NCBI RefSeq assembly: GCF_006345805.1
Contig: NC_043007.1
Span: 48,174,001 to 48,238,000, forward strand
Length of the DNA: 64,000 nucleotides
Direction: 5' to 3'
From: Octopus sinensis
Taxonomy: Eukaryota
The notes below the pieces were generated by a model, which was given only the letters and a program-made list of their open reading frames with translations, did not search any database and was not told the origin of the DNA. Shown piece by piece: positions 31,211 to 43,960 of this stretch (its first letter is position 1; every line of letters starts with the position of its first letter). The position numbers and the translations under genes are program-made.

Positions 31211-31899
31211 TTTTTAAAAAGCTTTAACTCATGGAGAATATTCTTGATCTCTTAAGCAATCGGTAATGTTCATTTTTTGTGATTAAAAAGTAAGTTTCCC
31301 ATTCATTTATCCATATAAATGCTTTAAAATTTTAATTTTAGATATTTAAAATTATTTACAAAAGGTTACGCAAAAAAGTAAATCAGCACCTAAATTTTTG
31401 TAAGAATAAAGCTTTGATTCACTTTTAAAATAGGTATTTTTTGGTTATCTCATCCCTATTAAAAAATCGCCCTTAAAAATTGGTTTATCTCCTCGCTAAT
31501 AAATCGAGTTAATGTGGCGACAATTATTAATTTTTTTCAGTTTTGTATGATTTGTTACAAAAATATTATCAGATTCAAAACGATATTTCATCTTTTCTCT
31601 TTTGATGTTTGGTAATTTTTTCACTCTTTTTTGTTTGTTTTATTGAGGATTAAACAATTTTTTTAGTTGAGGAAGATAACCAAAAGTACCGATATTTCTC
31701 GAAAACCCGGGGGAGATAACCCAATCTTTTAATGGGGGTGAGATAACCAACAAGTACCAAAAATTATAATCTAGTAATATTTTTCACGTTTTGATCCTTT
31801 TTGGTCCTTTCACCACCAAGTTAGCAATTAGCTAAGTTTCATCACTTTTTTCCCGACTTTTTGCCACAGACAGCTTTGAAGAAAGGAAGCTTGAACCAA

Positions 31900-34230
31900 A
31901 GTGGGCAGCAAGAGATGTCACTGTTATTTTGATTTCAAGTATTATGAAAGTGTATAAGTGAGATGATGGGATGTCCCATTCTGAACAAATTGTTCAGTTT
32001 CCCATTTCTGTTATTTTGTCAGCATAAGAACTCAAGGCAACTCTTGACTCCTGCGATAGGCGCAATTTGATTACAACTTTAACAAAACACAAAAAATCTC
32101 AGAACTGTCTGAATTACGTAATTTCTCCGAAAAACCTTTGGAAAGCAGCTTCGATTCAGTTGAGAAAAAAAATCATGATATATTGATAAGGTTGTCGCTG
32201 TATTGAACTTTTGCTTTGTCAAGAATTACCTTTTGGAGGACACGATGAAGCCGAAGAATTAAACAATATATGAAGTAGTAGAAGAATACAATGATTATTT
32301 AAGGTCGCATTTAGATTTCGTGAAGGAAAATGCTGACTGCACATTTTCTGGACTTTCAAGTGATATATCAAAATGAGAACATTAATTGTATAGCTGTTAC
32401 AATTGAAGGTGAAATTAAGGAAATGATCGAAAATAGAGTATTTGTTGCTGTTAGGAATTTCAATTGTCACACGTTTTGAAATTTATTGACGAGAAGGAAA
32501 AGCCTCAAGGAACGTTTGTGGGCCATGTTGATGTCAGTGAAGACAGAAAAGCTGCATCGCGGACAGAAGTTCAAAAATCTATTAACGAATTCACTTGTGG
32601 CCAAAGTTCATACAAACTTATGATGGAGCGAGTGTAATGATATTCGAACAGAGTGCAAACAAGAATAAAGATGTTTGATGCGGACTTCATATCTGTACGT
32701 TGTTATGCACATTCACTCTCTCAATCAGAATCAAGTATTCGTGAATGTCGAATTTTCTTCCTAACTTTAAAAGGAATTTCAAATTTTTTCCTAAGATCAA
32801 TGGCATTTCAAGCCCTACTAAATGAAATAATTGGAAGGTGATTTTTGAAAGTCACCTGAGGCACGTTAGAATTATTCATCTCAATAAGTATCCATTTTGT
32901 CCAATAAATTAATTTTCTGGGGTATTTTCAGCCATGCTAGAAAATCCAGAGGATCGGAATGCTTCAGAATTAACACAAGCAAGGAGATTCATTGCAATCC
33001 TAGGTTTTCAAATTTTTGTTCGTAGTTTTTTAATCAATTCTGAGTGGTTCAGAGATTCTGTTTTGGATTCTTCCTAAAAGTTTGCTTGATATTTCGAGGT
33101 GTATTTGTGAGGTAGAAAACTTCAAAAAACAATATTAATATTAGTCGTGGTGTGAGATTAGGCTGGCTGCGTATATTACAAACAGAAGCAAAACTCTTGA
33201 ACATATAACGTCAGGTTTCTTTAAGGGAAGGCTGAACATGAATACATATATAAATCAAATCCTCTCTAGCAGAGAGTCTAGTATATAGGTATCGACCTAA
33301 CTGTGTTTGCTCGACCATTAGTTACCTTTAAGATGCGAGACCGCCAGATCTTGTTGAAGATTTATCCCCGATTTGCTCGGCAAGATTTGAATTATGTTCT
33401 CTTCGAATGCCATGAGAGATCTGGTTGATTTCTGGTGCTAAACTGCTGATCTGCACAAAATGGTGCAAATCTCAAGGAGACTTAAGATTATGCTTTAACT
33501 GTTAGTCAAATCTCCTGCAAACCAATTGGTCGATAAATTGTTCACATGAAGATCGCATGCCCCAACTATGGCTCACTCATAGTGGTGAACTGATAATTTA
33601 GTGAAAATGGTTCAACTTCTAGAGCCATGTCAAAAAAAAGTTTGAAGAATTTTACTGCCGGGTTCTGGATGGTGTCGCTGAATTTTAGTTCAGGTTTGTT
33701 GAATTCTTGAATCTGAAGATGTTTTCGCACTTACGAAAAGTATTCTAGATGGAAGCGTTTTCGTCTTTGGATGTCTATAAAAACATTAGTTTTAGATGGA
33801 TGCGATTTAGATGCGAGCCAAAATCAGTTTATGCTGCAGATTTTTCAAAACCAGTGTCAAGCATTCAAAAAGTTACAGACATTATACGGAAGCTTGAACT
33901 AAATCGAGCTCTAACAGAAGTAATAAAATCATTACATTTTGACTATACCTACCACATTTTCTTCCTGCGAAAAACCACTTTCTTTGTTAAAGTGAGTAAA
34001 TAATTACATGAGGTGTTCTCAAAGGGAAGGGTGATTGAGTAATTTGGTCTTCATTTGCTTGAATAAGATGAAGGTAGAACGTGATGCTAATACATTTTAT
34101 AGCAACATGATCGATAAATTTGCCAAAATAAATGAAAAATCGGACTGGTTTACAAATAGATTTAAAATGGCTCATTATTTGTAGGTTGTATTATTTTTCT
34201 CAGATTTCTCTTATAATCAGGGTATCACTT
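31900..34230 (+). mobile_element. hAT-type (ZMYM1-like) transposase remnant
   Basis: Fragments QELPFGGHDE (cf. LAFRGHDE) at about 32220, VRCYAHSL (cf. HCxAHxL) at about 32700, and a C-terminal dimerisation-like segment at about 34000-34140; boundaries uncertain. Confidence 0.55.
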
Positions 34231-35129
34231 ATGGGGGGAGGACACTAAGTCAAGTTGAGAGGGATATCAAAACCCACTGAAGTGTGGCCTGTTGGCAGAA
34301 GTGCATTTTCTCAAATAGAAATTAGTTCATATAGCAGTCACAGAAGGAGGGGGCGAATATAGTTTTCGCAGAGAAGAGTAATAATTCACTACCACATTCG
34401 GCCTTGACATCATGTACTGCATGTCCGGATTTCCAAGTCACCCTTCGCTACTGAAATACACTATTAGCATATTGGCCTTCATCAGTCCCTTTACTGTCCA
34501 ATATTCACAATTACAATTATCTCAATTAGCTGACCACCGTTAATCAATATCATTACAGTTCTTGTGTTGTCCCACATTCAATGGAAGCTTGTTGTTGCTG
34601 GATGCTTTCCGTCAAAATAGAAATCCTTATATTTCCAGCTCAGTCGTTGTAACTCAATCCCCATTTCTATGAATGTCAAAATATTCAATGAAATTATGTT
34701 TTTGATATCACAGTTTGGTTTCATCTTTTACTTTCTTCAGTCCCTTTAAAATATTTTTTTTTATTTCCAGGAGCATAATGACATCCAACATCTCAGGTTC
34801 TGCTGTTTATCGTTGTCTAAAAATGGGTAAAATTCAACAAAAAACAGTCTTTCCTGAATTTGTACGGAATATAGTTTCATTTAAGATGAATACACACGCG
34901 CGCGTGCGTGTATGTATGCATTATATATGTATACATATATATATTTGAAAGTCTATGGAGATACAGTTTTTGAAGTGTAAATGTGATTTTTCTAAAAAAA
35001 TACTTTTTAATAAAATGTTATGAAAATGAGAATGTTACTAACCTTTTTTTGAGAATTTTTCCTAGTGTGAGCGCTTTCGTTAAACCTTTTGCAACACACG
35101 CACCCTTAAAGGGGAAGTTGTTAGTTTTG

Positions 35130-35342
35130 TGGTGGTTCTCCTTATTTCGGTTCCAAAATATAAAGCAGTCATCTAAGAATCTGTTCCAGTTTCGACAAGG
35201 TAGGTTTGGAAGTAGGTTTGGATGGGGTGTAGATTTTTTCTTCTAGGTATCCCATTACTAGTGTGGCAAATATGTTGGTGCGACTTTCGTCACTATCGAA
35301 GTGCCTTGTACTTGTGGATAGTATTGATTATCAAAGGAAAAG
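35130..35342 (-). mobile_element. Penelope-like element RT fragment (Neptune/Poseidon-like)
   Basis: FDNQYYPQVQGTSIVTKVAPT..ATLVMGYLEEKI...NWNRFLDDCFIFW with small frameshifts; flanked by (TA)n. Confidence 0.8.
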
Positions 35343-35394
35343 TATATATATATATATATATATATATACATAAATATGTATACACATACATACG

Positions 35395-35426
<32 letters not shown>

Positions 35427-35859
35427 GGTTTGGAGATGATGTACAGGTATTTTATATTAGAAGAAATGAGATACTCAAAAATTCGGATGGTTTTATATTT
35501 ACAGATATTTATTTGTATGTTAGATGTTTTTATACATCATATATCATAAATTAGCACTTTTGTCCATTCTAGTGGAGTCGTCAAATTGAACTATATATAT
35601 ATATGTATACATACATACATATATACATATATGCACACATACATATATATATATAGACACATACATATTATATATATATATATATATATAGACAGACAGA
35701 CAGACAGATAGATAAGAATGAAAGAAATATCAAATGCAGGAGAAACAGCTGTGAAAACAGATTTAGAAAATCGGGTAAAAATATCCCCATGGACTGGGAA
35801 AAGTGACAAGCAGCTGCTACAGCGAATTGAACTCTGCATCTCTCAAATTCCCGCTGAGC

Positions 35860-36686
35860 ATGCGCATTGTTTGTTTTTAATTTTGTCGACTACACAGTAT
35901 ATTAGGGACAGTTGGGCACCGTTCGTGAAAAAAACAGCACCATGACTCAATTTACTCTGTCAGAAATTTGGAAACGGTGGTGCTACCGCTAGGCATACAC
36001 CCTGGAAGCTCCAATGAGAACATCTCAGTGTGTTTGGGTGTCAATCTGCGGAAAGTGCAATCTAAGGACATGTAGCAAGAGTGATAAAAATCAGACATCC
36101 AGTCGACATCATGGTGTTTGGAGTGTTGGCGACGTTATGCCTCCATTCATTTTCTCACACGGCCTCAGACTCAGCACGGAGGCCTACATCAAGTGCCTGG
36201 AGGAGGTAATGCTGCTTCGAGTCAAGAGGGTAGCTGCTGGAAGACCCTATGTCTGGAAACAGGAGTCCGCGCCATACTACACAAGCAGGAAAACCCAGTC
36301 ATAGCTGTCAGACAATTTCTGCGACAGCATCACCCCTAATATCTGGCCACCTAACTCCAAAAACTGCAACACCCATGGTTATTATGTATGGGGCGCAGCT
36401 GAGCGAGATACCAACAAAACTCCTTGAAACACCAAAGATGAACTGAAGGCAAGGTTCATAGCAGCAGTCATCAACTTTAACAAGACCATGCAGAATAGTT
36501 GTAGGAAATTCCGAAGTCGTCTGGAGGCCGTGGTTGAAGGCAATGGCGATTATATTGAATAAATTTACTCTTTAGTATTTCAAGATATTTTTATGTAATT
36601 CTGGTAAATATATCTGTTAAAATAAGATGTCCGCGTTATTTTATATTTTGGTGTAATTTAGACGACAATTTATTCACCGCACACTG

Positions 36687-36688
<2 letters not shown>
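35860..36688 (+). mobile_element. Internally deleted Tc1/mariner-superfamily element related to 28900
   Basis: MTQFTLSEIWKR start, then VMPPFIFSHGLRL..GRPYVWKQESAP..WPPNS..LEAVVEGNGDYIE; ends CACCGCACACTG|TA. Confidence 0.82.
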
Positions 36689-36743
<55 letters not shown>

Positions 36744-36747
<4 letters not shown>

Positions 36748-36992
36748 GTTGGTGCATAATTATTGCGGTTTTTTACAACACATTTTATTCAACAAGAGCA
36801 ATAACAATATTTAACAAAAACATCTTTAAATGACGGTCTGACCGTCTGCCAAGCAAATGGGAAGCAGTAACTGAAGTAGATTGTGAATATGTTCCAGAAT
36901 AATGATTTATAAACGTTTTTGTTATATTTTGCTCTTGTTTTTGACAAATAAAATTTGTTGAAAAAAGCCGCAATCATTATGCACCAACCCAA
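36744..36992. mobile_element. Mariner-type MITE in (TA)n
   Basis: TIRs TTGGGTTGGTGCATAATTATTGCGG and CCGCAATCATTATGCACCAACCCAA, with TA flanks. Confidence 0.9.
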
Positions 36993-37011
36993 TATATATA
37001 TATATATATAT

Positions 37012-37099
<88 letters not shown>

Positions 37100-38760
37100 G
37101 TTTCTTTATTGGCCACACAGGGCTGCACACAGATGGGACAAGTTACAAGGTAGAGCTTTTCTTTTGGGGGATGAAAAAAAGGGGGTGGCGTAGGTTTTCG
37201 ATCAAGAGGGATCGTAAAAGGGAAGAAAAGAGCAACAAAAAAATAGAATAAAAAATAAAAAGAATAAAAGAAAAAAAAAGAAAGAAAGGGAAAAGGAACA
37301 AAAGGAAAGAGAAATGAAAAAAGAAGAAAAAGGGGAAAAAAGGGGAAGAGGAAAAAAAAAGAAAAAAAGGAACGATCAATAGGGATCTTGTATCACAATG
37401 TTATGATATATGGTGTAAAAGGGAAAGCAAGTAAGGTTTATCCGTGGGAAGAAAAGCCTACGAAAAAGACCACGGTAACCTTGGTCAATATTGTTATATA
37501 TTACCACATTTGTTTGCAAGTGGGTAACCCACTGTTTTCAATTTCTGGGTTCATAGGATTATGCTCAAGGTGGCTTCGTCATTCATACGTGCCATCCTTG
37601 CTACATTCACCCATCTTTTTTTAAAACATTCACTAGACAAAACTTGCCTCTCTACTCTCACTTTCCTTTTCAAGTGGTACTTGAAGAAGTTGATGAGAGA
37701 TTGACCAGAGAGGAAAGTGTTTGTCTCCAATCCTTTCAGACGCGTCCACCAGATACATTCTTTCGCCATAGCCACAAGGATGATGAAAATAGCTCTTCCT
37801 TCCCGTTTGAAGGAAGGAGGCGTGACAATATTGACGATAGACTCAGCTGATAAACCGACTCGTCCCACACGTGACAGCAGTTGTTCGACACAAGCCCACA
37901 GGTCGGAAATTGTTGGACACTGCACGAGTGCGTGCAGAACGGTTTCGTCGCTCTGACCGCATCTCGGGCAGGTCGGCCCCGTGTTTCTCGAGCCGTGTCT
38001 GTAGAGCTTATCCCGAACGGGTAGCGCTTCTCGGTAACACTGCCAGGCCAGGGATCTCTGGAAGTTGTCCATGGGCCCTAGCCCGAAAGTCGTCCTGAAC
38101 AGGCGGGTCAGGTACTCCTCGTCAACGTCCAGGTTCGCCCCGAGCTCGTCGTCGTACCTCCCCTCCACTAATCCCCTATAGAATGCTTTGGTTGTGTTGA
38201 AGTCACTCAAGGTCGACCCAGGACGGCAGAGTTGCTTGAGAGCAACGCGACACTCGCGGTGCCATTCGCCCTTCCTCGGCCTCTTTTTGATCCACGACTG
38301 CAGTTCGGTCATGGAGACGAGCTGCGGGAAAGCGTGCCTCACAAACGGCGACCACACCTGTTCACCGTCGTCTACATAGAGCCAGAGATGTCGCAGTCTC
38401 AGCGCGTGTCTGCGCATCATCAACCACGGCATGCCCAGCCCTCCTTTTAACGGGTGTTGACAGCAAATGGATCGCCTGACTATCGGGACGCATCCTTTCC
38501 ACAAGAAGCGAAAGAGAATGCGTTGTAGTTTGGTGATGGTAGGGTTGGGACAAGGTACGACGGTCAGGCGGTAGTAGATGACGGACGCGATGTACGTGTT
38601 CGCCACCTCCGCCCGACCTTTTAGGGACAGTTTCCTCTCGGCCCATTGCCGGGCGAGAGTGACCACCCTACTCGTTATCTCGTTCCAGTTCTTCTCTACT
38701 TGGAGGTCCGGACCAAACCAGACCCCGAGCAACTCAACCGGGCCGTCGGTCCAGCGTCCC
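37100..38760 (-). mobile_element. 5'-truncated Tx1/L1-clade LINE with an intact C-terminal ORF2 part (37551-38760), inside (GATA)n
   Basis: LLGVWFG...LSLKGR...FRFLWKG...GGLG...CPRC..DETVLHALVQCP zinc knuckle; 3' end ...GTGTGGCCAATAAAGAAAC; (GATA)n on both flanks. Confidence 0.93.
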
Positions 38761-38835
<75 letters not shown>

Positions 38836-38879
38836 TAGATATATATATATACATATATATATATACACACACACATATA

Positions 38880-39036
<157 letters not shown>

Positions 39037-39244
39037 ATGAAATGGATAAATGAATTATCTTGTTACGGATTATTCAAAATTTAACCGATACCTATGTAGC
39101 AAAAATCACACCAGAAAAGACACGGTTGGGGTTACGACCATGGGGTTTCGCCCCCGTGCTTTAGCGCGGATAATTGAAGTTTTATATATTTAGTGAAGGG
39201 AAGAAATGGAGCCGAACGAAGATTCTACAAAATTCCTTTTTATT

Positions 39245-39328
39245 ATTTTCTACACGTTTCAAAGGCTGCAAATTCCCAAATTCGAATTGAATAAGGAGAC
39301 CATTCTGCAGCTTTCTCTTCAGGAAAAT
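39245..39328 (-). ncRNA. Type I hammerhead ribozyme in the PLE 3' region
   Basis: ATTTTC-CTGAAGA-GAAAGCTGCA..loop..TGCAGCCTTT-GAAA-C-gt-GTA-GAAAAT: full core, GUA cleavage triplet, stems I, II and III can all form. Confidence 0.75.
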
Positions 39329-39935
39329 CCAGGAATTTAAAATCTCAAAACAAATGCGCAGCAAGCTTTTCGAACAAAACGCTCCCTAGGAGCCCATGGT
39401 AAAAATGGCACAAAACTGTCTCTCAATATGCGCTGACGTCAGAGTGGGTGAAGGCCGACGAAAAAATCCGTTGGAATAAACCTAGGTCAAACCACGGTCA
39501 AATCAGGTAGGGGAAGAATCACAGAAAACCCAAAGAGTGTGAATATATTCTGTATAACTAGTGTTAATGTTCAAATTGTCTTAGTTGGGTGTGAGGAACT
39601 ACTTACATGTATGTGTGTGTGTATGCGCCTATGTATGTGTGGCAGTATGTTAGGAAGCAGCTAGAGAGAAAATATATTGTATTGTAGGCATTGCTGGTCA
39701 AGCGGCTGATAAAATTCTGTGTCTGTGTGTTCGTCTATGACCAGTTTATATACAGATGACTTGTCAAAAAACAGGGGAGTATAATCCCTGATATTGTTTC
39801 TAAAAAAAGTAGCAGAACATACGCTAAAAGGGGAGTAATTTCCCCTTTCAAATTTAATTCAAAATTTTTTCCAAATTTCTTCCAAACAATTTTTTTTCTT
39901 TTCTTATGACATCAAGGTGTTAATTATCTTAGGCT

Positions 39936-42314
39936 TCAATTGTATGCAAGAAATGTCAGTCGCCTCCAGTGGGGACATCTGAAAGAGTGTTGCAAAATCC
40001 CGTTCACTAGCTGCCCTCGGGCGAACAAAATGTGAAAAAGTTCAGAGTTACAGAGATTACAGATTCTTTTGCCCCTATCAAACGGTACAGCCACAGATAA
40101 AATCGACCATTCCAGTCTAAATGCTGAATTCGCGTTCTTCAAACGCCAGAATAATTTACTTAGTCCGGTAGCGTGTTGTTTTCTAAAATCGCGAAAAGTT
40201 GTGAAGTGGTTCGATATTCTCACGGCCAATTTTGATGATGACGCTCCGATATACGAGTAGACATCCGATCCAGTATAAACTCTGCATTGGTAAATGGCAT
40301 TTCTAATCTTGGAATTACTAGATAAGAACCTTATTCTATTGGGATTGGCTTCCGATATTAACACGGCGTTCTTATTACTATTATGATTGTGAGAACTACG
40401 GCTGTCTTCGACATTATACACCCCATTACCAATACTATTTAATGGAATATCACCTATATATTCCCTGCCACTGAGATCGCTGTGATTGCTAATGTCCGTG
40501 ATGCTACTGTTGTCAAACCCGTTGCTAAAATTGTTATTGGGACTCTCTACATTAATGACTCGGACAGTGCTCTCATCCCTATTCCCATTACTAACGTTAG
40601 AGTCGTCACCATTGCTCCTATCATTATTCCTATTATTAACTCCATGCCTGGTATGGAGATTGCTAATCTCTGTGCCGGTTCTATTACCATTATTCTTATT
40701 TTTATTAATACTGCGCGTTATTCTGGCATTAGACGGAGATGCGTCTCCGAACGTGGGTAAGAGGGTCTTGTTTAGCAGCTTATTGTTATGGGAGGAAATT
40801 ATCTGTGAGAGATTTTTCGTATTAGAGAAGGCTATCCTAACTTTGTGTGAGTTAACAGTGGCGTAATATCTGGAATTTCTGGGAAAGTTACTGGCAATAG
40901 CTTGGCGAAACTGCAGGGGTAGATTAGATCTTATTTGTTTACCAAAGGGAATTACAAACCAAATATATTTATTCCTGTTTTTGTACTGGGTAGGGGAGTC
41001 AACTCTGACATTAAGGTGGGTATTTCTAGGTTGAATAATAGGTTTTGGCTTACTATGGTCTCCCCTGGACCGCAAATTATTTATGTTACCTAAATTTATT
41101 CTAGATGTACTAGTTTCGACATTCCTCAGGCTACCATCAGTACTTAAATTATTTATGTTATTGTATCCGGCCCTATCCTGATGACTGAATGCTGGCATCG
41201 AAAGGGCCGGATCTATATATACTATTTTCTCCCTATAACCGGCTTTAGACAGGGCGGCATTATAAAATTCCGCTTTCTGCCTAAAAATGTCGACATTGGC
41301 AGACAAATTAGTTAATCTTTGAGAAATATTTTTAACCAAATTGTCTGTTATAGTTTTAGCGTGATTCGAGAAGACACTGACATACTTTAAGTTAGTGGAA
41401 GGCTTGTGGTAAGGGCAGTACGAATCGCTATGGAGGTTTAGTGTGACATCTAAGAAATTAGCCTTAGTAAGCTCGTTATCAAAAACTATACTCATGCCCG
41501 TTCTATTAAAGAACCTAGCTAACCTGTTTTTAGTTTTCTGTACGATTCTGTTCGGGGTGTTTTGTAGGTAAAACAGACAATTGTCACGATATAGGCCGCC
41601 CCCGATATCCGGGAATTGGTCGGATAATTCGTAGAGAATATAGATTCCGACCAAATCGGCAATCTGCGCGCTATCTGAACTACCCATTGGCACATCGAAC
41701 TCGTTGGGAGTATCTTTACGAACCCACAACTTATTTTCAAACTATATAAATGATTTCCTGGCGACTAGAATTATATCAATTTCTTCTCTAGAGAGACCTG
41801 CCTTATTGTGTGCATGCTACAGGGCCTTATTAAGTACACTAGGGTTAATTGAGGGGTAGAAATTAGCAATATCGAACTGAATGAACTTAGTTCGGTTTTT
41901 ATTAGGGATAGCAGAGAACCACCTAACGACCTGCGAAGAGTTCGTCCAGAGGTTAAGCTTCAGCTTATTGACTAAACTAGGAATATATTTGTCTAAAATG
42001 TACTTACTCATGGCGCCGATGTCAGAACTAGAAGGGCATATGAGCCTTAACGCTGGGTTGGTGTAGAAATTTGGTTTGTGGTCCTTAACAATGAATCTAG
42101 GTTGTTTAGGGGTAAGCGGCTGTGTTCTCATTTGAATTCCGTAATTAACCATTATTTTCTTAATCTCCAAGTTTACTTTTCTCAGTGTATTCCTATTTGT
42201 TGTTCTATAGTTCTTCTGGATCTCCTTTCCGAGTAATTCTAAGTACTGGTTAATGGGTAAGTTGTACGTGTTCCTTGTTTTGTCAGATTGGACCAGGATT
42301 CCTTCTGACCTGTT
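39936..42314 (-). pseudogene. PLE RT-GIY-YIG ORF in one frame with two in-frame TAG stops (41817-19, 41742-44) and YRDN in place of YRDD
   Basis: ILVQSDKTRN, IVKDHK, QFDIANFYPSI, FDVPMGS, GLYRDN, FLDVTLNL, AIYQC...YIG...RISNH, CNLC..E...CPH. Confidence 0.92.
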
Positions 42315-42864
42315 AATTTGGAAAAAATTTTGAATTAAATTTGAAAGGGGAAATTACTCCCCTTTTAGCGTATGTTCTGCTACTTTTTTTTAGAAACAAT
42401 ATCAGGGATTATACTCCCCTGTTTTTTGACAAGTCATCTGTATATAAACTGGTCATAGACGAACACACAGACACAGAATTTTATCAGCCGCTTGACCAGC
42501 AATGCCTACAATACAATATATTTTCTCTCTAGCTGCTTCCTAACATACTGCCACACATACATAGGCGCATACACACACACATACATGTAAGTAGTTCCTC
42601 ACACCCAAATAAGACAATTTGAACATTAACACTAGTTATACAGAATATATTCACACTCTTTGGGTTTTCTGTGATTCTTCCCCTACCTGATTTGACCGTG
42701 GTTTGACCTAGGTTTATTCCAACGGATTTTTTCGTCGGCCTTCACCCACTCTGACGTCAGCGCATATTGAGAGACAGTTTTGTGCCATTTTTACCATGGG
42801 CTCCTAGGGAGCGTGTTGTTCAAAAATCTTGCTGCGCATTTGTTTTGAGATTTTAAATTCCTGG

Positions 42865-42949
42865 ATTTTCCTGAAGAGAAAGCTGCAGAATGGTCTCCTT
42901 ATTCAATTCGAATTTGGAATTTGCAGCCTTTGAAACATGTATAGAAAAT
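42865..42949 (+). ncRNA. Second hammerhead copy in the inverted arm, with an extra TA at the cleavage site
   Basis: ...GAAACATGTA-TA-GAAAAT versus GAAACGTGTA-GAAAAT in the other arm. Confidence 0.55.
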
Positions 42950-43001
42950 AATAAAAAGGAATTTTGTAGAATCTTCGTTCGGCTCCATTTCTTCCCTTCA
43001 C

Positions 43002-43070
<69 letters not shown>

Positions 43071-43624
43071 TATATATACATACATATATGTACATATCTA
43101 CATATATATGTATATATACATGCATATATGGGTATAAAAACATTTAAAAAGGACATAAAAAACGTGAACAGAATGAGAAACGAGACAGACAGCATAAAGA
43201 ACATTCCCTTCATCAGTTGTCCCCTGTTTTATCTACTCCGCATTTTGCAGGTAAGGACAAGACGCGACTTCGTTAAAACAGTTCTTCCCGCAAAGCAAAT
43301 GAAATAAAATTTGGGATTTTTTGCGGAAGGTGAAAGTGGTAACAAAAACAGGACAGTGAGAACAAAACAATAAAAACAAACGGTGAGCGTTATTAAGTCA
43401 AGACGATGTGAAGTGATGAACGTTGGAAAAACGAGCTTTGAGAAGAGACAGATAAAAGCAGGTCTTGTCTTTAGGAAGGAAGTGGAATAAAGAAAGAATG
43501 AACGTTGGTCACATGTGAGCAACGAGATAGTGTATGACCAAATGAAGGTTATTTTTTAACATAGTTCCTCTAGGTGCTCCAGCATGGCCGCAGTCAAATG
43601 ACTGAAACAAATAAAAGAATTAAA

Positions 43625-43960
43625 GAATACTGTCCACACACTTCCATCAGTTGTTGCAGTGCTTGGATCGCACTGGTGAAGATGCTAGGCAGTTGGTCAA
43701 AATAGTCATCAACAACAAATAAAACGTCATCATCACATTGATACTGGTCCCCAGCCAAGTGTTTCTTCATGCCATAATCAGTAGGAACCAAATCACTAAC
43801 ATAAGGAGGATGATCAAACCAGTTCAAAGCCAGTTACGCACAGCAGCTATTGAAACCAAGGACTTGTGTGCTGAAGCAAGATTCCATTCATCAGTTTTTC
43901 TGGTGAACTTTCTGTCGATGCTGTGCTCAGTGTGAAGATAGTCAATAAGCACAATATTTT
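43625..43960 (-). mobile_element. Mariner transposase C-terminal remnant
   Basis: HPPYVSDLVPTDY (cf. HPPYSPDLAPSDY). Confidence 0.75.

Larger units (their letters stand above)
39186..43008 (-). mobile_element. Penelope-like element (Nematis-like, RT plus C-terminal GIY-YIG), 5'-truncated, with 0.69-kb terminal inverted repeats
   Basis: 39186-39877 is the reverse complement of 42315-43008; the ORF lies between; TA-rich flanks. Confidence 0.92.

Noticed and set aside
39038-39180. Possible hammerhead (GAAACC..GGTC on the minus strand) in the fragment next to the PLE
   Set aside because: No CUGANGA is in a compatible position; the fragment remains unidentified.
41742-41819. In-frame stops in the PLE as selenocysteine recoding, as in some Naiad PLEs
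   Set aside because: Both stops are TAG, not TGA, and the endonuclease is C-terminal. Together with YRDN this points to simple inactivation.
43206-43216. CTGATGAAGGG (minus strand) as a PLE hammerhead
   Set aside because: The downstream GAAAC half is absent.
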